Positions 18,248 through 28,655 are shown, counted from the stretch's first letter. The stretch: DNA of 64,000 bases from an uncultured Chloroflexia bacterium (GCA_963749705.1 CAVVNQ010000008.1:320001-384000), one strand, 5' to 3'. Translations and numbers: made by a program. The notes: generated by a model from the sequence alone, not told the origin.

Positions 18248-19194
18248 TGGCGGGTCCGCAGCTTCGGGTTGAGGACGTCGTCGAGGGCGTTGCCGAGCAA
18301 CGTGAACGCGAGCACGACGAGGATGATCGAGACCGCCGGCGGGGCGAGATACCACCAGGCGCCCAGCCCGGGCGCCCCGGCGCCCTGCGCGGCGTTGAGG
18401 ATCTGGCCCCACGACGGCTGGAACGGATCGCCGAGCCCGATGAACGAGAGCGTGGTCTCGGTCAGGACGGCACCGGCGAACGTGAGCACGGCATTGGCCA
18501 CGATCAGGCTCATCACGTTGGGCAGGATGTGCCGCCACATGATGTGGGCCTGGCTGCTGCCGATGACCCGCGCCCGATCGACGAACGCCCGCTCGCGCAG
18601 GGACAGCGTCTGGCTGCGGATGATCCGCGCGGTCGAGGCCCAGCTGGTGATCCCGATCACGACCACGATCACGACCAGCGTCATGCGCATGCCCAGGAAC
18701 TCCGCCTGGGCGCCGATGACATCGAGCAGGACCGGCGCCAGGATGAGCGCGAGCACGAACGTCGGCAGCACCAGGAAGAAGTCCGAGATGCGCATCAGGA
18801 TCGTGTCCGTCACCCCACCGACGAACCCGGCGACGATGCCGATCACGGCGCCGATGAGGACCGTGATCAGGGTCGCCAGCAGGCCGATCGCCATGGATGT
18901 CCGCGTCCCGTGGATCGTCAGGTTGAGCACGTCGCGACCGAGCGCGTCGGTCCCGAACAGGTGCGCGGCATCCGGGGCCGCAAGGCGCCCCCCGCTCGCG
19001 GTCACCGCGGTCTCGAGCGGGCCCACCAGCAGCTGGGGTGCGAGCGCGAGCACCGTGAAGAACGCGAGGATCAGCACGCCCAGCACGCCGTCGCGGCGGG
19101 CCACGAAGCGGACGGCGAACGATCGCAGGTTGCGCATCGGCGGACCCACCCCGCCGGCCCGCCCATCCATGAGGGTGGTGACCTCGGCGCTCAT
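18244..19194 (-). CDS. ABC importer permease (OppC-like)
   Basis: GTDALGRD, RHILPN, SFIGLG, PSWG motifs. Confidence 0.92.
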   Translation of the reverse strand: MSAEVTTLMDGRAGGVGPPMRNLRSFAVRFVARRDGVLGVLILAFFTVLALAPQLLVGPLETAVTASGGRLAAPDAAHLFGTDALGRDVLNLTIHGTRTSMAIGLLATLITVLIGAVIGIVAGFVGGVTDTILMRISDFFLVLPTFVLALILAPVLLDVIGAQAEFLGMRMTLVVIVVVIGITSWASTARIIRSQTLSLRERAFVDRARVIGSSQAHIMWRHILPNVMSLIVANAVLTFAGAVLTETTLSFIGLGDPFQPSWGQILNAAQGAGAPGLGAWWYLAPPAVSIILVVLAFTLLGNALDDVLNPKLRTRQ

Positions 19195-20165
19195 GCCCGC
19201 ACCCGCGGATCGAGCAGGCCGTAGACGAGATCGGCGGCCAGGTTGGCAAGCACGACCGAGACGGCCAGGAGCAGGAACACGCCCTGGAGGACCGGGTAGT
19301 CGCGAGCGGACAGCGCGTCGACGGTGAGCGTTCCCAGCCCGGGCCAGTTGAACACGATCTCCGCGGTGATCGCGCCCGCGATCACGTATCCCAGCTGGAG
19401 GGCCACGATCGTGACCGCGGGCAGCAGCGCGTTGGGCAGCGCATGGACGCGCAGGACGCGCCCGTCACGCAGGCCCTTGGCGCGGGCGGTCTGGACATAG
19501 TCCTCGGCCAGGGTCTCGATGATCGACGACCGCATCAGGATCGAGTACAGCCCGATCAGCCCGAACGAGACCGTCACGAGGGGCAGGAACAGGTGGCTGC
19601 CGAAGTCCCACAGCCGGTCGAATACCGAGTTGTAGGTCGCGCCGACCGTCAGCATCCCGTTGGTCGGGAACCAGTGCAGGCCGGTCGCAAAGATGACCAG
19701 CAGGAACATGCCCAGCACGAAATAGGGCGTCGAATACAGGACGAGCGAGACCCCGTTCCCGACATAGTCCACCGATCCCCCGCGTCTCCAGCCCGCGTAC
19801 GCGCCGAGCCCCAGCCCCAGGACCACGGCGATGACCTCGCCCGTCCCGAACAGGATGATCGTCGGCCACACGCGGTCGCCGAGGACCTCGGTGACGGGCT
19901 CGCCGCGGTACTTGAACGAGAGGCCCAGGTCGCCCTGGACCGTGGACTCGACGTAGGCGATGAACTGGTCCGGGATCAGCGGCTTGTCGAGGCCCCACTT
20001 CGCCTTGAGGGCCGCCTTGGTCTCGGCCGAGATGTTGGGGTTGCGAGTGAGGATCCGCTCCGGTGACCCGGGCATCAGCCGGAACAGGAAGAAGTTGAGG
20101 ACGAGGATGAACAGGATCGTCAGGGTCGCCTGCAGGATGCGACGTCCGAGATACCTGGTGCCCAC
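19191..20165 (-). CDS. ABC importer permease (OppB-like)
   Basis: GDLGLSF, DYVQTARAKG, HALPNA, RDYPVLQG, LDPRVR. Confidence 0.92.
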   Translation of the reverse strand: MGTRYLGRRILQATLTILFILVLNFFLFRLMPGSPERILTRNPNISAETKAALKAKWGLDKPLIPDQFIAYVESTVQGDLGLSFKYRGEPVTEVLGDRVWPTIILFGTGEVIAVVLGLGLGAYAGWRRGGSVDYVGNGVSLVLYSTPYFVLGMFLLVIFATGLHWFPTNGMLTVGATYNSVFDRLWDFGSHLFLPLVTVSFGLIGLYSILMRSSIIETLAEDYVQTARAKGLRDGRVLRVHALPNALLPAVTIVALQLGYVIAGAITAEIVFNWPGLGTLTVDALSARDYPVLQGVFLLLAVSVVLANLAADLVYGLLDPRVRA

Positions 20166-20207
20166 GCCTCGCCCTCTCTAGGGGTGGATGCCGGCCGGGA
20201 CCGGTCG

Positions 20208-20238
20208 GCTGGCGGAGACGCGGTCGCGCTCCGCCAGC
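20208..20238 (-). terminator. Intergenic stem-loop after the substrate-binding protein gene
   Basis: GCTGGCGGAG...CTCCGCCAGC 10-bp inverted repeat; no U tract, so possibly an mRNA stabiliser. Confidence 0.45.
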
Positions 20239-20265
20239 ATCGGGTCAGCCCGGGGTTGCCGGTGC

Positions 20266-22179
20266 CTACTCCTCCTCGATCGTTGGACGGCGCCGGCGCG
20301 CAAGGACGAGGCCTCCGGCGACGATCACCACCACGAGGACGACAGCCCCGATGAGCAGGGTGTTGTCGCCACCACCCGAGGCAGGCGTGCCCGAATCCGC
20401 GCTGGGCGCCGGGGTGGCTGCCTGGGATGACACGGCGTCCGGGCTCGAGGCGCTCGGGCTTGCCTCGGCGCCGGCCACCGTGAGCACGGTGTAGCCGAAC
20501 GAGCCATAGCCGAACAGCGGCGTGCCGTTCTCCGCAGGCTGGAGCTGCCAGCCCGAGAACTTGTCGGTCCGCCACGCATCGAGGTTGGCGTCATAGAACA
20601 GGATGTGGTACGGGGCCTCGTTGTAGATGAGGTCCTGCATCTGGTCCATGTAGCCCTTCCGCTCCTCGTACGAGGTGGCGGCGTTCTGCTTCTGGAACAG
20701 GTCGTCGTAGGTCGGGTTGCAGTACAGGCTGTCGGACGAGCCACCGATCTGGTCGCAGGTGAAGATCTCGAGCAGGGAGTTGGGATCGACGTCCCCGCCC
20801 CAGCCCCAGATGAACATGTCGTAGGTGGCCGTGTACTGACCCGGGTCGCCCGCCTCGGGCGGGAGCATCTTGTCGATCAGGGTGTCCGAGTCGAACTGCG
20901 CCGGCGTGACGGTGATGCCCAGCTCCTTGAACCAGGCCTGGATGAACTGCGCCGACTGCGGGTAGGTGCTCTCGGTGTCCGGGAACACGAGGCTCAGGCT
21001 GATCGGCTTGCCTTCCTTGTCGAGGCGGTTGCCCGAGCCGTCGAGCTTGTAGCCCGCCGTATCGAGCTTCTGCTTGGCGAGCTCGATGTCGAAGGTTCGC
21101 GGCGTGGCCGGTTCCTTGTGCCAGCGGGTCTGGAACGGGGGAACCTCGGTCGTTCCGGGGTCGCCGTAGCCGCCGAGCACCTTCTCGACGAGCAGGTTCT
21201 TGTCGATCGCATAGCCCAGGGCGTCGCGGAACGCCGCGTCCTGGAGGGCCTTCGTCGACGGACCGCCGTCCTTGATCGTGTTCCCCGTGCCGGTCCCGTA
21301 GGTGTTGAACCCGAGCTCGGTGTAGCCGTTGGCGGTTCCGTCGTTCTGCTCGATGTTGGGCTGGCCCTTGAGGGCATCGAACTGGTCGGCGTTGACGCCG
21401 TGCGCGTAGTCCAGCTCACCCGAGCGCAGGGCCTGGGTCATCGTGTCCGAGCTCTTGAAGATCTGGAGCACGACCTGGTCCGCGGCGAGCGGGCTGCCCT
21501 GCCAGTTCGGGTTCTTGGTGAAGTTGACGAACTGGCCGGTCTGCCACTGCTGCGCCTGGTACGGGCCGGTGCCCACCACCGGCGGCTCGTTCTGGAAGTC
21601 GCAGATCGTGTCGATCGTCTGGGTGCCCCAGATGTGCTTGGGCAGGATCGGCACGTAGGCCTGCAGGATCCGCTCGTCCGGCCGGTCGAGGGTCAGCACG
21701 ACCGTCTGGGGGTCGGGCGCCGTCACGGAGTTCAGGCTGGCGTTGATGAGGTACGGATCCAGGTAGCCGAGACAGGTCGCCCCGGCGTCGGTGTTGGCCG
21801 CGTCGAGGATGAACTGGTAGGTCCAGACCACGTCATCGGCCGTTGCCGGCGTCCCATCCGACCATTTCTTGTCCGGGTTGATCTTGAACGTGTACGTCAG
21901 CCCGTCGTCGGACTTGGTCCACGAGTCGGCGAACTCGGGCTTCGGCTCGAGGTTGCCGTCGAAGCCCAGCAGCAGCTGGTAGTTGAGGGTGAACGCCTCA
22001 AACCCGACGACCAGCGCCGTCTGGAACGGGTTCATCGAATCGAGGTCCTGGGTCGTGCCGACGCGCAGGACAAGGGGATCCGCAGCCGCGGCCGGCGCAG
22101 CCGCGGGCAGCAGCACCGACAGGGCCAGGAACAGGGCGGCTGCAGAGCGTGCCATGCGAAGGCGCGCAGAGGTTTGCAT
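20266..22179 (-). CDS. Family 5 ABC substrate-binding protein (OppA-like) with C-terminal TM anchor
   Basis: GGAGGAGG RBS; signal peptide; KWSDGTPATADDV, VGTGPY; C-terminal hydrophobic helix + RRRR. Confidence 0.92.
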   Translation of the reverse strand: MQTSARLRMARSAAALFLALSVLLPAAAPAAAADPLVLRVGTTQDLDSMNPFQTALVVGFEAFTLNYQLLLGFDGNLEPKPEFADSWTKSDDGLTYTFKINPDKKWSDGTPATADDVVWTYQFILDAANTDAGATCLGYLDPYLINASLNSVTAPDPQTVVLTLDRPDERILQAYVPILPKHIWGTQTIDTICDFQNEPPVVGTGPYQAQQWQTGQFVNFTKNPNWQGSPLAADQVVLQIFKSSDTMTQALRSGELDYAHGVNADQFDALKGQPNIEQNDGTANGYTELGFNTYGTGTGNTIKDGGPSTKALQDAAFRDALGYAIDKNLLVEKVLGGYGDPGTTEVPPFQTRWHKEPATPRTFDIELAKQKLDTAGYKLDGSGNRLDKEGKPISLSLVFPDTESTYPQSAQFIQAWFKELGITVTPAQFDSDTLIDKMLPPEAGDPGQYTATYDMFIWGWGGDVDPNSLLEIFTCDQIGGSSDSLYCNPTYDDLFQKQNAATSYEERKGYMDQMQDLIYNEAPYHILFYDANLDAWRTDKFSGWQLQPAENGTPLFGYGSFGYTVLTVAGAEASPSASSPDAVSSQAATPAPSADSGTPASGGGDNTLLIGAVVLVVVIVAGGLVLARRRRPTIEEE

Positions 22180-22258
22180 GCTGGGTCTCCTCCTCCAGTT
22201 CTCGACCTGTTGACGCTGCGGACACGGGTCGAGGGCGCCGGACGCGCCCGACGGTGTG

Positions 22259-22299
22259 CTGGAGGGTTGCACAGTGAATAGGGCGTATGCAACTTCCAG
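22259..22299. promoter_or_regulatory. Inverted-repeat operator/promoter region upstream of OppA
   Basis: CTGGA..GTTGCA-N16-TGCAAC.TCCAG. Confidence 0.45.
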
Positions 22300-22361
22300 T
22301 TGGCACGGACCACGGCACGGGACGGCCCCCTACCCCGCGCGCAGGCCCTGACGCGTCCCGA

Positions 22362-23552
22362 TCAGATGATGAACGTCCGTACCGGTCCGGGTTCGCGCAG
22401 CACCGGGCGATCCATCCGGAAGCCGGCAATCTCGGGCGCCGACGGGGTCGCGCCGTCGACCACGAGCTCGGCCAGGATCCGGCCCAGGACCGATGCGAAC
22501 TTGAACGCATGCGCGGAGCCGAGCACGACGTGCACGGCCGCATGACCGGGCACCGCGTCGACCACGAAGTCGCGATCCGGGGTCAGCGTGTACAGGCAGG
22601 TCTTGGTCAGGAACGGCTCCACCGCCATGCCCGGCAGCCGGGCGGCCAGGAAGGCCATCACGCGGCCGTGCGCGTCCTCGTCGCGCTCGAAGGTGCGGGT
22701 CGCGTTGGTGACCTCGCGCCCGCCGACGTCCTGGCCGATCTTCGGCCCCGGGTGACCGTGCGTGGGGAATCCGTAGAACGACGGCTCGTCCATCCAGATC
22801 CAGATCGGGAACCGCTGCGGGGAGAACAGGCCCGGATCCGCGCGCGGCGTGAACCAGCTGACCTGCTCCTGGGTGATGGTGAGCGGCAGGGACACGCCCA
22901 GCGGTTCCAGCAGGTCGTTGGTCCACGAATCGGCCGCGATCACCACCCGGCCCGCGGTGATCCGCTCGCCGCCCTCGAGGACCAGGGTCAGCTCGCCGCC
23001 CAGGTCCTCGATCCTGGCCACCGGCGACCGGTCGCGCAGCACAGCCCCCTGGGCGGTTGCCAGCGTGCGGTGGGCGACGTTGCCGCGCGACGGGTCGGCG
23101 AGCCCGGCGTCCGGCTGGAACAGGCCGACGTGGCGCTCGTCCAGGCGCCAGGCCGGATGACGGCGCATGATCTCGGCCGCGTCGAGGTCCTCGAACGGGA
23201 CGCCTTCAGCGGACATCGCCCGGCGGTACTCGGCGATGTCGATGGCCACGTCCTGGCCCGCCTGCCGCGGCCCGATGTCGAGCCCGCCGGTCCGAAACAC
23301 GATCTGCGTCCCGCTGGCACGCTCGACCTCGGCCCAGCTCTCGTAGGCGCGTCTCGCGAGCCGGATGTAGTCGCCCCGGTGGTACGACAGCCGGATGATC
23401 CGGCTGACGTCCTCGGACGCGCCCAGCGAGTGCCCGATCTGGTACCGCTCGAGCCCCAGCACGCGGACGCCGGGACGTCCGGACAGCCAGTACGCCGCCG
23501 CCGAGCCGAGCGCGCCCAGGCCGACGACGACGACATCCCAGTCGCGCCTCAC
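22362..23552 (-). CDS. solA: Monomeric sarcosine oxidase / N-methyl-L-tryptophan oxidase family
   Basis: GLGALGS, SRIIRLSY, TCLYTLTPDRDF, HAFKFASVLG. Confidence 0.85.
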   Translation of the reverse strand: MRRDWDVVVVGLGALGSAAAYWLSGRPGVRVLGLERYQIGHSLGASEDVSRIIRLSYHRGDYIRLARRAYESWAEVERASGTQIVFRTGGLDIGPRQAGQDVAIDIAEYRRAMSAEGVPFEDLDAAEIMRRHPAWRLDERHVGLFQPDAGLADPSRGNVAHRTLATAQGAVLRDRSPVARIEDLGGELTLVLEGGERITAGRVVIAADSWTNDLLEPLGVSLPLTITQEQVSWFTPRADPGLFSPQRFPIWIWMDEPSFYGFPTHGHPGPKIGQDVGGREVTNATRTFERDEDAHGRVMAFLAARLPGMAVEPFLTKTCLYTLTPDRDFVVDAVPGHAAVHVVLGSAHAFKFASVLGRILAELVVDGATPSAPEIAGFRMDRPVLREPGPVRTFII

Positions 23553-24772
23553 CCGCGGCCGCCCCCGTCCGGCGCGTGCCGCGGAGCCGGCGTCGCAACC
23601 GCATCCTCGCCAAGCCTCGCCGCCAGGTAGCGACGGATGTCCAGGCTCATGTCCTCCATCGGCGCGTACCAGCCGGACTCGAACCGGCGCGAGGTCATGC
23701 CGTCCTGCACGCCTTCGCACACGGCCCAGTCCTGGCGATTGACGAGGTCCCAGAAGTCGACGGCGTCCGAGGGGTCGAATCCCGGCCGGGCGACCTCGTC
23801 GGGGTGGAACAGGAAGTCGACCACGACCAGCGTCCGATCCGGGGCACGGGGAACGAGCATGAACGACGCGACGTGGTCGGCCGACAGGCTGAGCATCAGG
23901 TTCGGGTACACCAGCTCGCCCTTGTGGCGCACCCGCTCGCTCGCATCCAGCCCGGGGAACGGCTCGCGGTTGCTCGTCCCGCTGAGGGTGAACGTGAACG
24001 TGCCGTCCGCCTGGGGCACGCCGGCGTCCCAGTCGAGGTTGGCGCCGCCGCGATCCCTGAACGCGGGCACGATCCGGCACAGCTCGGGATGCACGCCCGC
24101 GCAGTGATAGCACTCGTTGTAGTTCTCGACGATGACCTTCCAGTTGGCACGCACGTCGTACACGATCCGCCGCACGGCTCGGAGGTCGGCCAGCGGGTAG
24201 CGCGCGATCCGCCCGGGGATCTCGCCCAGCTGGGTTGCCAGCGTGTGTCCCGCCGCAACGCGCTCCGGCGACAGGTTGACGAACAGCCAGCCGCCCCAGT
24301 CATCGATCGCCACCGGGTGGAGGCCGAACGCATCTGGTTCGAAGGCGTCCGACTCGCCCAGGAACGGTGCGTTGCGGACGCGCCCGTCGAGCTCATAGCA
24401 CCACGAGTGGTAGCTGCAGCGGATGATCCCCTTGAACGTGCCCGATGGTCCGGGCGCCTCGCCGCTGGCCGGATCGGGGCGCTGGTCGGCGGTCGTGAGC
24501 CGCGAGCCCCGGTGACGGCACAGGTCGTAGTGGGCGCGGAGCGTGCCGGCACGGTCGCGGACCACGATCACGCGCTCGCCGGCGACGTCGAAGGCCAGGA
24601 AGTCGCCCGCGCCTGGGAGCTGCTCGACCCGGCCGACCGCCACCCACTCGGACCACCAGATCGCGTCGCGTTCCAGGTCCAGGAACTCCGGGGTGACGTA
24701 CGCGGCGCCGGGCAGCGAGGCCTCGAACGCGCCGCGCGCCATCCGGTTCAGGGTGTCGGGCTCGACGGACAC
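23549..24772 (-). CDS. Rieske non-heme iron oxygenase alpha subunit (betaine/choline monooxygenase-like)
   Basis: CRHRG...CSYHSW Rieske motif; ENYNECYHCAGVHPEL iron site. Confidence 0.9.
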   Translation of the reverse strand: MSVEPDTLNRMARGAFEASLPGAAYVTPEFLDLERDAIWWSEWVAVGRVEQLPGAGDFLAFDVAGERVIVVRDRAGTLRAHYDLCRHRGSRLTTADQRPDPASGEAPGPSGTFKGIIRCSYHSWCYELDGRVRNAPFLGESDAFEPDAFGLHPVAIDDWGGWLFVNLSPERVAAGHTLATQLGEIPGRIARYPLADLRAVRRIVYDVRANWKVIVENYNECYHCAGVHPELCRIVPAFRDRGGANLDWDAGVPQADGTFTFTLSGTSNREPFPGLDASERVRHKGELVYPNLMLSLSADHVASFMLVPRAPDRTLVVVDFLFHPDEVARPGFDPSDAVDFWDLVNRQDWAVCEGVQDGMTSRRFESGWYAPMEDMSLDIRRYLAARLGEDAVATPAPRHAPDGGGRG

Positions 24773-24925
24773 GGGACCACCTCGATCGTCGGGAACGCTG
24801 GCCGCGCAATGCTACGGCGCCGCGGGCGTGTCGCGGATGGCCCGTTGCGGGGCGTGGCCGCCTCCCCAGTGGCCTCGGGCCGGCCGATGTCCGACGCCGG
24901 TGGGCGCCTGGTCACTTGGCCCGGG

Positions 24926-25579
24926 TCAGGCGCCGCGGACCTCGAGCGCGTACCGGCAGACGCCCGCGATCGTGATCAGGTCGTGGATCTCGCCCGCATC
25001 GATCTCCGCGATGACCTCGTCCAGGGTCGCCCACCGGATCGCGAGATCCTCGGTCCCGTCCGGCGTCGCCGCCCCCGCGTGGAGGCCGGTCGCGACGAAG
25101 ATCGCGCCGCGCTCGTCGGTGACCGAGTTGGACACCGTGATGCGACACAGCTGGCGCCACCGGTCGGCCTCGTAGCCGGTCTCCTCGCGCAGCTCGCGTC
25201 GTGCGCCGGCCTCGAGCGCCTCGCCCGCCCCGACGCCGCCTTCGGGGATCTCCCAGCTGTACTCGTCGAGCGCGTAGCGGTGCTGGCCGACCAGGAGCAG
25301 CCGCCCGGCGTCATCGGTCGCGACCACGCCCACGGCCGCGCTCAGGAAGTGGACGACGCCGTAGATGCCGGCGCTGCCGTCGGGACGATCCACCTCGTCA
25401 TGGAACAGCTCGATCCACGGGTTCGAATACGCTCGCTCCCGCGATCGTCGCCGCCACGGGCCTACCACCTGCGGGGCCGCGTCGCCGGGCCCGGCGGCCG
25501 GCGCGGGCTCGGTCGGCGCGGGCTCGGCCGTCGGCGCCGGCTCGACGGCTGGTCGCTGCGCGTGGTCGTCGTGCGTCAC
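24926..25579 (-). CDS. NUDIX hydrolase (ADP-ribose pyrophosphatase-like)
   Basis: WEIPEGG...ARRELREETG Nudix box. Confidence 0.88.
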   Translation of the reverse strand: MTHDDHAQRPAVEPAPTAEPAPTEPAPAAGPGDAAPQVVGPWRRRSRERAYSNPWIELFHDEVDRPDGSAGIYGVVHFLSAAVGVVATDDAGRLLLVGQHRYALDEYSWEIPEGGVGAGEALEAGARRELREETGYEADRWRQLCRITVSNSVTDERGAIFVATGLHAGAATPDGTEDLAIRWATLDEVIAEIDAGEIHDLITIAGVCRYALEVRGA

Positions 25580-25640
25580 CCGCACACGGTAGCGGTTGGT
25601 GGCAGGCACACGCCGGGACGCCGCCGGTATCCTGCCCGCG

Positions 25641-27689
25641 ATGAGCATCGACGCCGCCGACGCGAGCCCACCCGACCACGAGGTCGAGGTCCGCTGGGAC
25701 GTCCGGATCCCGGTCCGCGACGGCCTCGAGCTGTCGGCCAACCTGTGGCTCCCCCGCCCGCGCGCGGACGAGCCGGATGCGCGGTTCCCGGCGATCCTCG
25801 AGATGATCCCGTACGGCAAGGACAACTGGCGCCGGAACTCGGACGTCGCGCGCGGGGAGTGGCTCGCGGCACGGGGGTTCGCCCTGTGCCGGGTCGACGT
25901 CCGCGGCACGGGCAGCTCGCCCGGCGTGGCCGATGACGAGTACACCGAGGCCGAGACCCGTGATGGCTACGAAGCCGTCGAGTGGCTTGCCGCCCGGTCG
26001 TGGTGCAACGAAAACGTGGGCATGTGGGGCATCAGCTACGGGGGCTTCACCTCGATTCAGGTCGCGAAGCTCCGTCCGCCGCACCTGCGCGCGATCCTGC
26101 CGATGTACGCCACCGACGACCGGTATCGCGACGACGTCCATGTTCGCGGCGGTTGCGTCACCGCGAGCGAGAAGAGCCAGTACGCCGTGAGCCAGCTGGG
26201 CATGAACGCGATGCCGGCGCTGCCTGCGTTCCGCGGCCCGGGATGGCGCGACGAGTGGCGGGCACGCCTCGAGCGGACGCCGCCCTGGCTGTTCCCCTGG
26301 ATCCGCGAGCAGACCGACGGCCCCTACTGGCGGCGCGGGTCGCTGGCCCCCGACTACGACGCCCTCGAGTGCGCGGTGTTCCAGGTCGCCGGCTGGAACG
26401 ACTCGTACGTCGACCCGGCGTTCCGGATCCAGGAGCGATGCGCCAACGCCAGCGTGCGGACGCTGGTCGGCAACTGGGTGCACTCGTTCCCCGACGACGC
26501 CTACCCGGGTCCCAACCTGAACTGGTACCACGAGATGGTCCGGTTCTTCGACCGCTACCTCAAGGGCATCGACAACGGCTGGGAGCACGAGCCGGCGGTC
26601 GTCTGGTTCGAGCGCACGTGGGCCGAGCCCGTGGCGTTCCCGGTCGCCTGGCCGGGCCGCTGGCGAGCGGCGACGTCGCTGCCGGTGCCGGGCATCGCGC
26701 CGCTCGAGCTGGAGCTCGGCGCGGGGTCGCTGGGTCATGGTGCGGGAGCAAACGTCGGGGTGACCTCGATCCGCCACCGCGCGACGGCGGGCACGAGCGG
26801 GGCGCTGTCCTGGGGCGCCGGCTGGCATCCCAACGGCCTGGCACGCGACCTCCGCCCGGATGAGGCACGCGGCGCGACCTGGACCTCGGAGCCGCTCACC
26901 GAGGCCATCTCGGTGATCGGGATCCCGGTCGCCGTGATCCACGTCTCGACGACGATGCCCATCGCGACGTGCGTCGTGCGGCTGTCCGAGGTCTCGCCCG
27001 ACGGCACGTCCGCGCTGGTCGCGACCGGGGTCCTCAACCTCACCCACCGCGACTCGGACACCGACCCCAGCCCGATGCCGCCGGAGCAGGCGGTGGAGGT
27101 GCGCGTCCCGCTGCGCGCCACGGGCTACCGGTTCTCGCCCGGGCACCGGATCCGCCTGACCGTCCTGAGCGGATACTGGCCGGTGCTGTGGCCGTCCCCG
27201 CAGCCGGGCGAGCTGCGCGTCCACCGGGGTCCATCGAGCCCGTCGAGGCTCGTGCTGCCGGTCCTGGCGGAGGGCGTCACGAGTCCCCCGGTCCCCGCGT
27301 TCCGCACCGATCCCGCGGGCCTGCGCGAGGTCGGCCGGAGCGAGGACGAGCCGCCCGTGTGGCGGATCGAGGAGGACGTCATCGGCGGCAGCGTCGCGGT
27401 GACCATCGGCGAGGGCGGGGCGAGCATCCTCGAGGACGGCTCGCGCGTGTACAGCTCGGAGCACCTGGTCCTGACGGCCTCGGACGCCGACCCCGCGCAC
27501 GCGCGGCTGGACACCGACGTGGCCTATCGCTGGACGGCCGACGGCTTCGATGTCGACATCCGGGCAACCGGCGCGATCGTGTCCGACGAGTCGGCATTCG
27601 ACGTTCGCGTGAACCTGGACGTACGCCTTGATGGCGAGCCGTTCTTCGAGCGGGCCTGGTCGGAGCGGATTCCCCGGCGACTGGTGTAG
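25641..27689 (+). CDS. CocE/NonD family serine hydrolase
   Basis: RDGLELSANLW, PYGK, DVRGTGSSPG, GISYGG. Confidence 0.92.
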   Translation: MSIDAADASPPDHEVEVRWDVRIPVRDGLELSANLWLPRPRADEPDARFPAILEMIPYGKDNWRRNSDVARGEWLAARGFALCRVDVRGTGSSPGVADDEYTEAETRDGYEAVEWLAARSWCNENVGMWGISYGGFTSIQVAKLRPPHLRAILPMYATDDRYRDDVHVRGGCVTASEKSQYAVSQLGMNAMPALPAFRGPGWRDEWRARLERTPPWLFPWIREQTDGPYWRRGSLAPDYDALECAVFQVAGWNDSYVDPAFRIQERCANASVRTLVGNWVHSFPDDAYPGPNLNWYHEMVRFFDRYLKGIDNGWEHEPAVVWFERTWAEPVAFPVAWPGRWRAATSLPVPGIAPLELELGAGSLGHGAGANVGVTSIRHRATAGTSGALSWGAGWHPNGLARDLRPDEARGATWTSEPLTEAISVIGIPVAVIHVSTTMPIATCVVRLSEVSPDGTSALVATGVLNLTHRDSDTDPSPMPPEQAVEVRVPLRATGYRFSPGHRIRLTVLSGYWPVLWPSPQPGELRVHRGPSSPSRLVLPVLAEGVTSPPVPAFRTDPAGLREVGRSEDEPPVWRIEEDVIGGSVAVTIGEGGASILEDGSRVYSSEHLVLTASDADPAHARLDTDVAYRWTADGFDVDIRATGAIVSDESAFDVRVNLDVRLDGEPFFERAWSERIPRRLV

Positions 27690-27740
27690 GCGGGCGGGCC
27701 CGGCCGACCGAGGGCCCCGAGCGACCCTGGCCCGGCGCGG

Positions 27741-28655
27741 TCAGCCGAGCGACGCGAGCGCCGCCTGCGCGATCATGCCGCTGCCGATCGCGACGAACAG
27801 GCTGGCAAACGAGCCCAGCAGGTGGAACTCGACATAGGCCCGGTCGTCGAGCTGGCGGAAGCGGGCCACCGTGTCCACCAGGATGACGAACCCGATCACG
27901 ATCGGAGCGCCCGCGAGCAGCAGGGCGACGATCAGCATCCGTTCCAGGGCGGCAATGGTCGTACCCACCCTGGCCGCCGTGCCGGCCGGCAGGGTCGACG
28001 GGCTGCCCGGTTGGCCGGCGACCGGGACCTGGTTCTCGGGCAGCTCGCGCGGCGTCACCAGCGAGGCCACGAAGTAGAACGCACCCCGGGTGTTGACCAC
28101 GAACAGGCCGATCGCCACGACGCCGGTCAACATGGTCGCGTGAACCGCGGACCGGTCCCAGTCGCGGAGCACCGCGTTCGCGAAGTCCACGAACTGCGGG
28201 AGCAGCGCGGTTCCCTCGAGGATCACCAGCCAGCCGACGATCGCGATGGTCAGGTGGAGCACCTGGTCGGCCAGGAACAGCAGGCCCGGGATCGGGGTCC
28301 ATGCGACGCCCAGCTGCGACCGGCCCGGATCGCCGGCGGGGGCCGCCGCAGCTCCCCTCCGGCGCGCGAGGTCCTGCGCGTTGGCAACGGCGCGCCGCGT
28401 CGCGACGACCTTCCAGCGGTCCACCGCCATGTGGGAACCGACGACGAGCACCAGGTACACGAGCCCGGGCAGCCCGAACGCGAGCACCGCCGGGATGAGG
28501 CAGAAGCCGACGTGCGCGCCGTGGACCGCCAGCGCCGAAAATCCCGTTCGATCCGCCCTGCCCTTGTTGAGCGCGATCCAGTCGTTCTGGAGCACGAAGT
28601 CGGCGATCAGGTGCGCGAGCACCAGCATCGCGACCATGAGCACGGAATCCGTCAT
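27741..28655 (-). CDS. DUF3307 membrane protein
   Basis: AHLIADFVLQ, SHMAVD, DQVLH, LER motifs. Confidence 0.82.
   Translation of the reverse strand: MTDSVLMVAMLVLAHLIADFVLQNDWIALNKGRADRTGFSALAVHGAHVGFCLIPAVLAFGLPGLVYLVLVVGSHMAVDRWKVVATRRAVANAQDLARRRGAAAAPAGDPGRSQLGVAWTPIPGLLFLADQVLHLTIAIVGWLVILEGTALLPQFVDFANAVLRDWDRSAVHATMLTGVVAIGLFVVNTRGAFYFVASLVTPRELPENQVPVAGQPGSPSTLPAGTAARVGTTIAALERMLIVALLLAGAPIVIGFVILVDTVARFRQLDDRAYVEFHLLGSFASLFVAIGSGMIAQAALASLG

Noticed and set aside
17099-19249. 716-aa OppD and other long N-terminal ORF extensions (22362-24113, 28913-31117, 49474-52506)
   Set aside because: The extensions overlap neighbouring genes; starts were reassigned using overlaps, RBS or -10 signals
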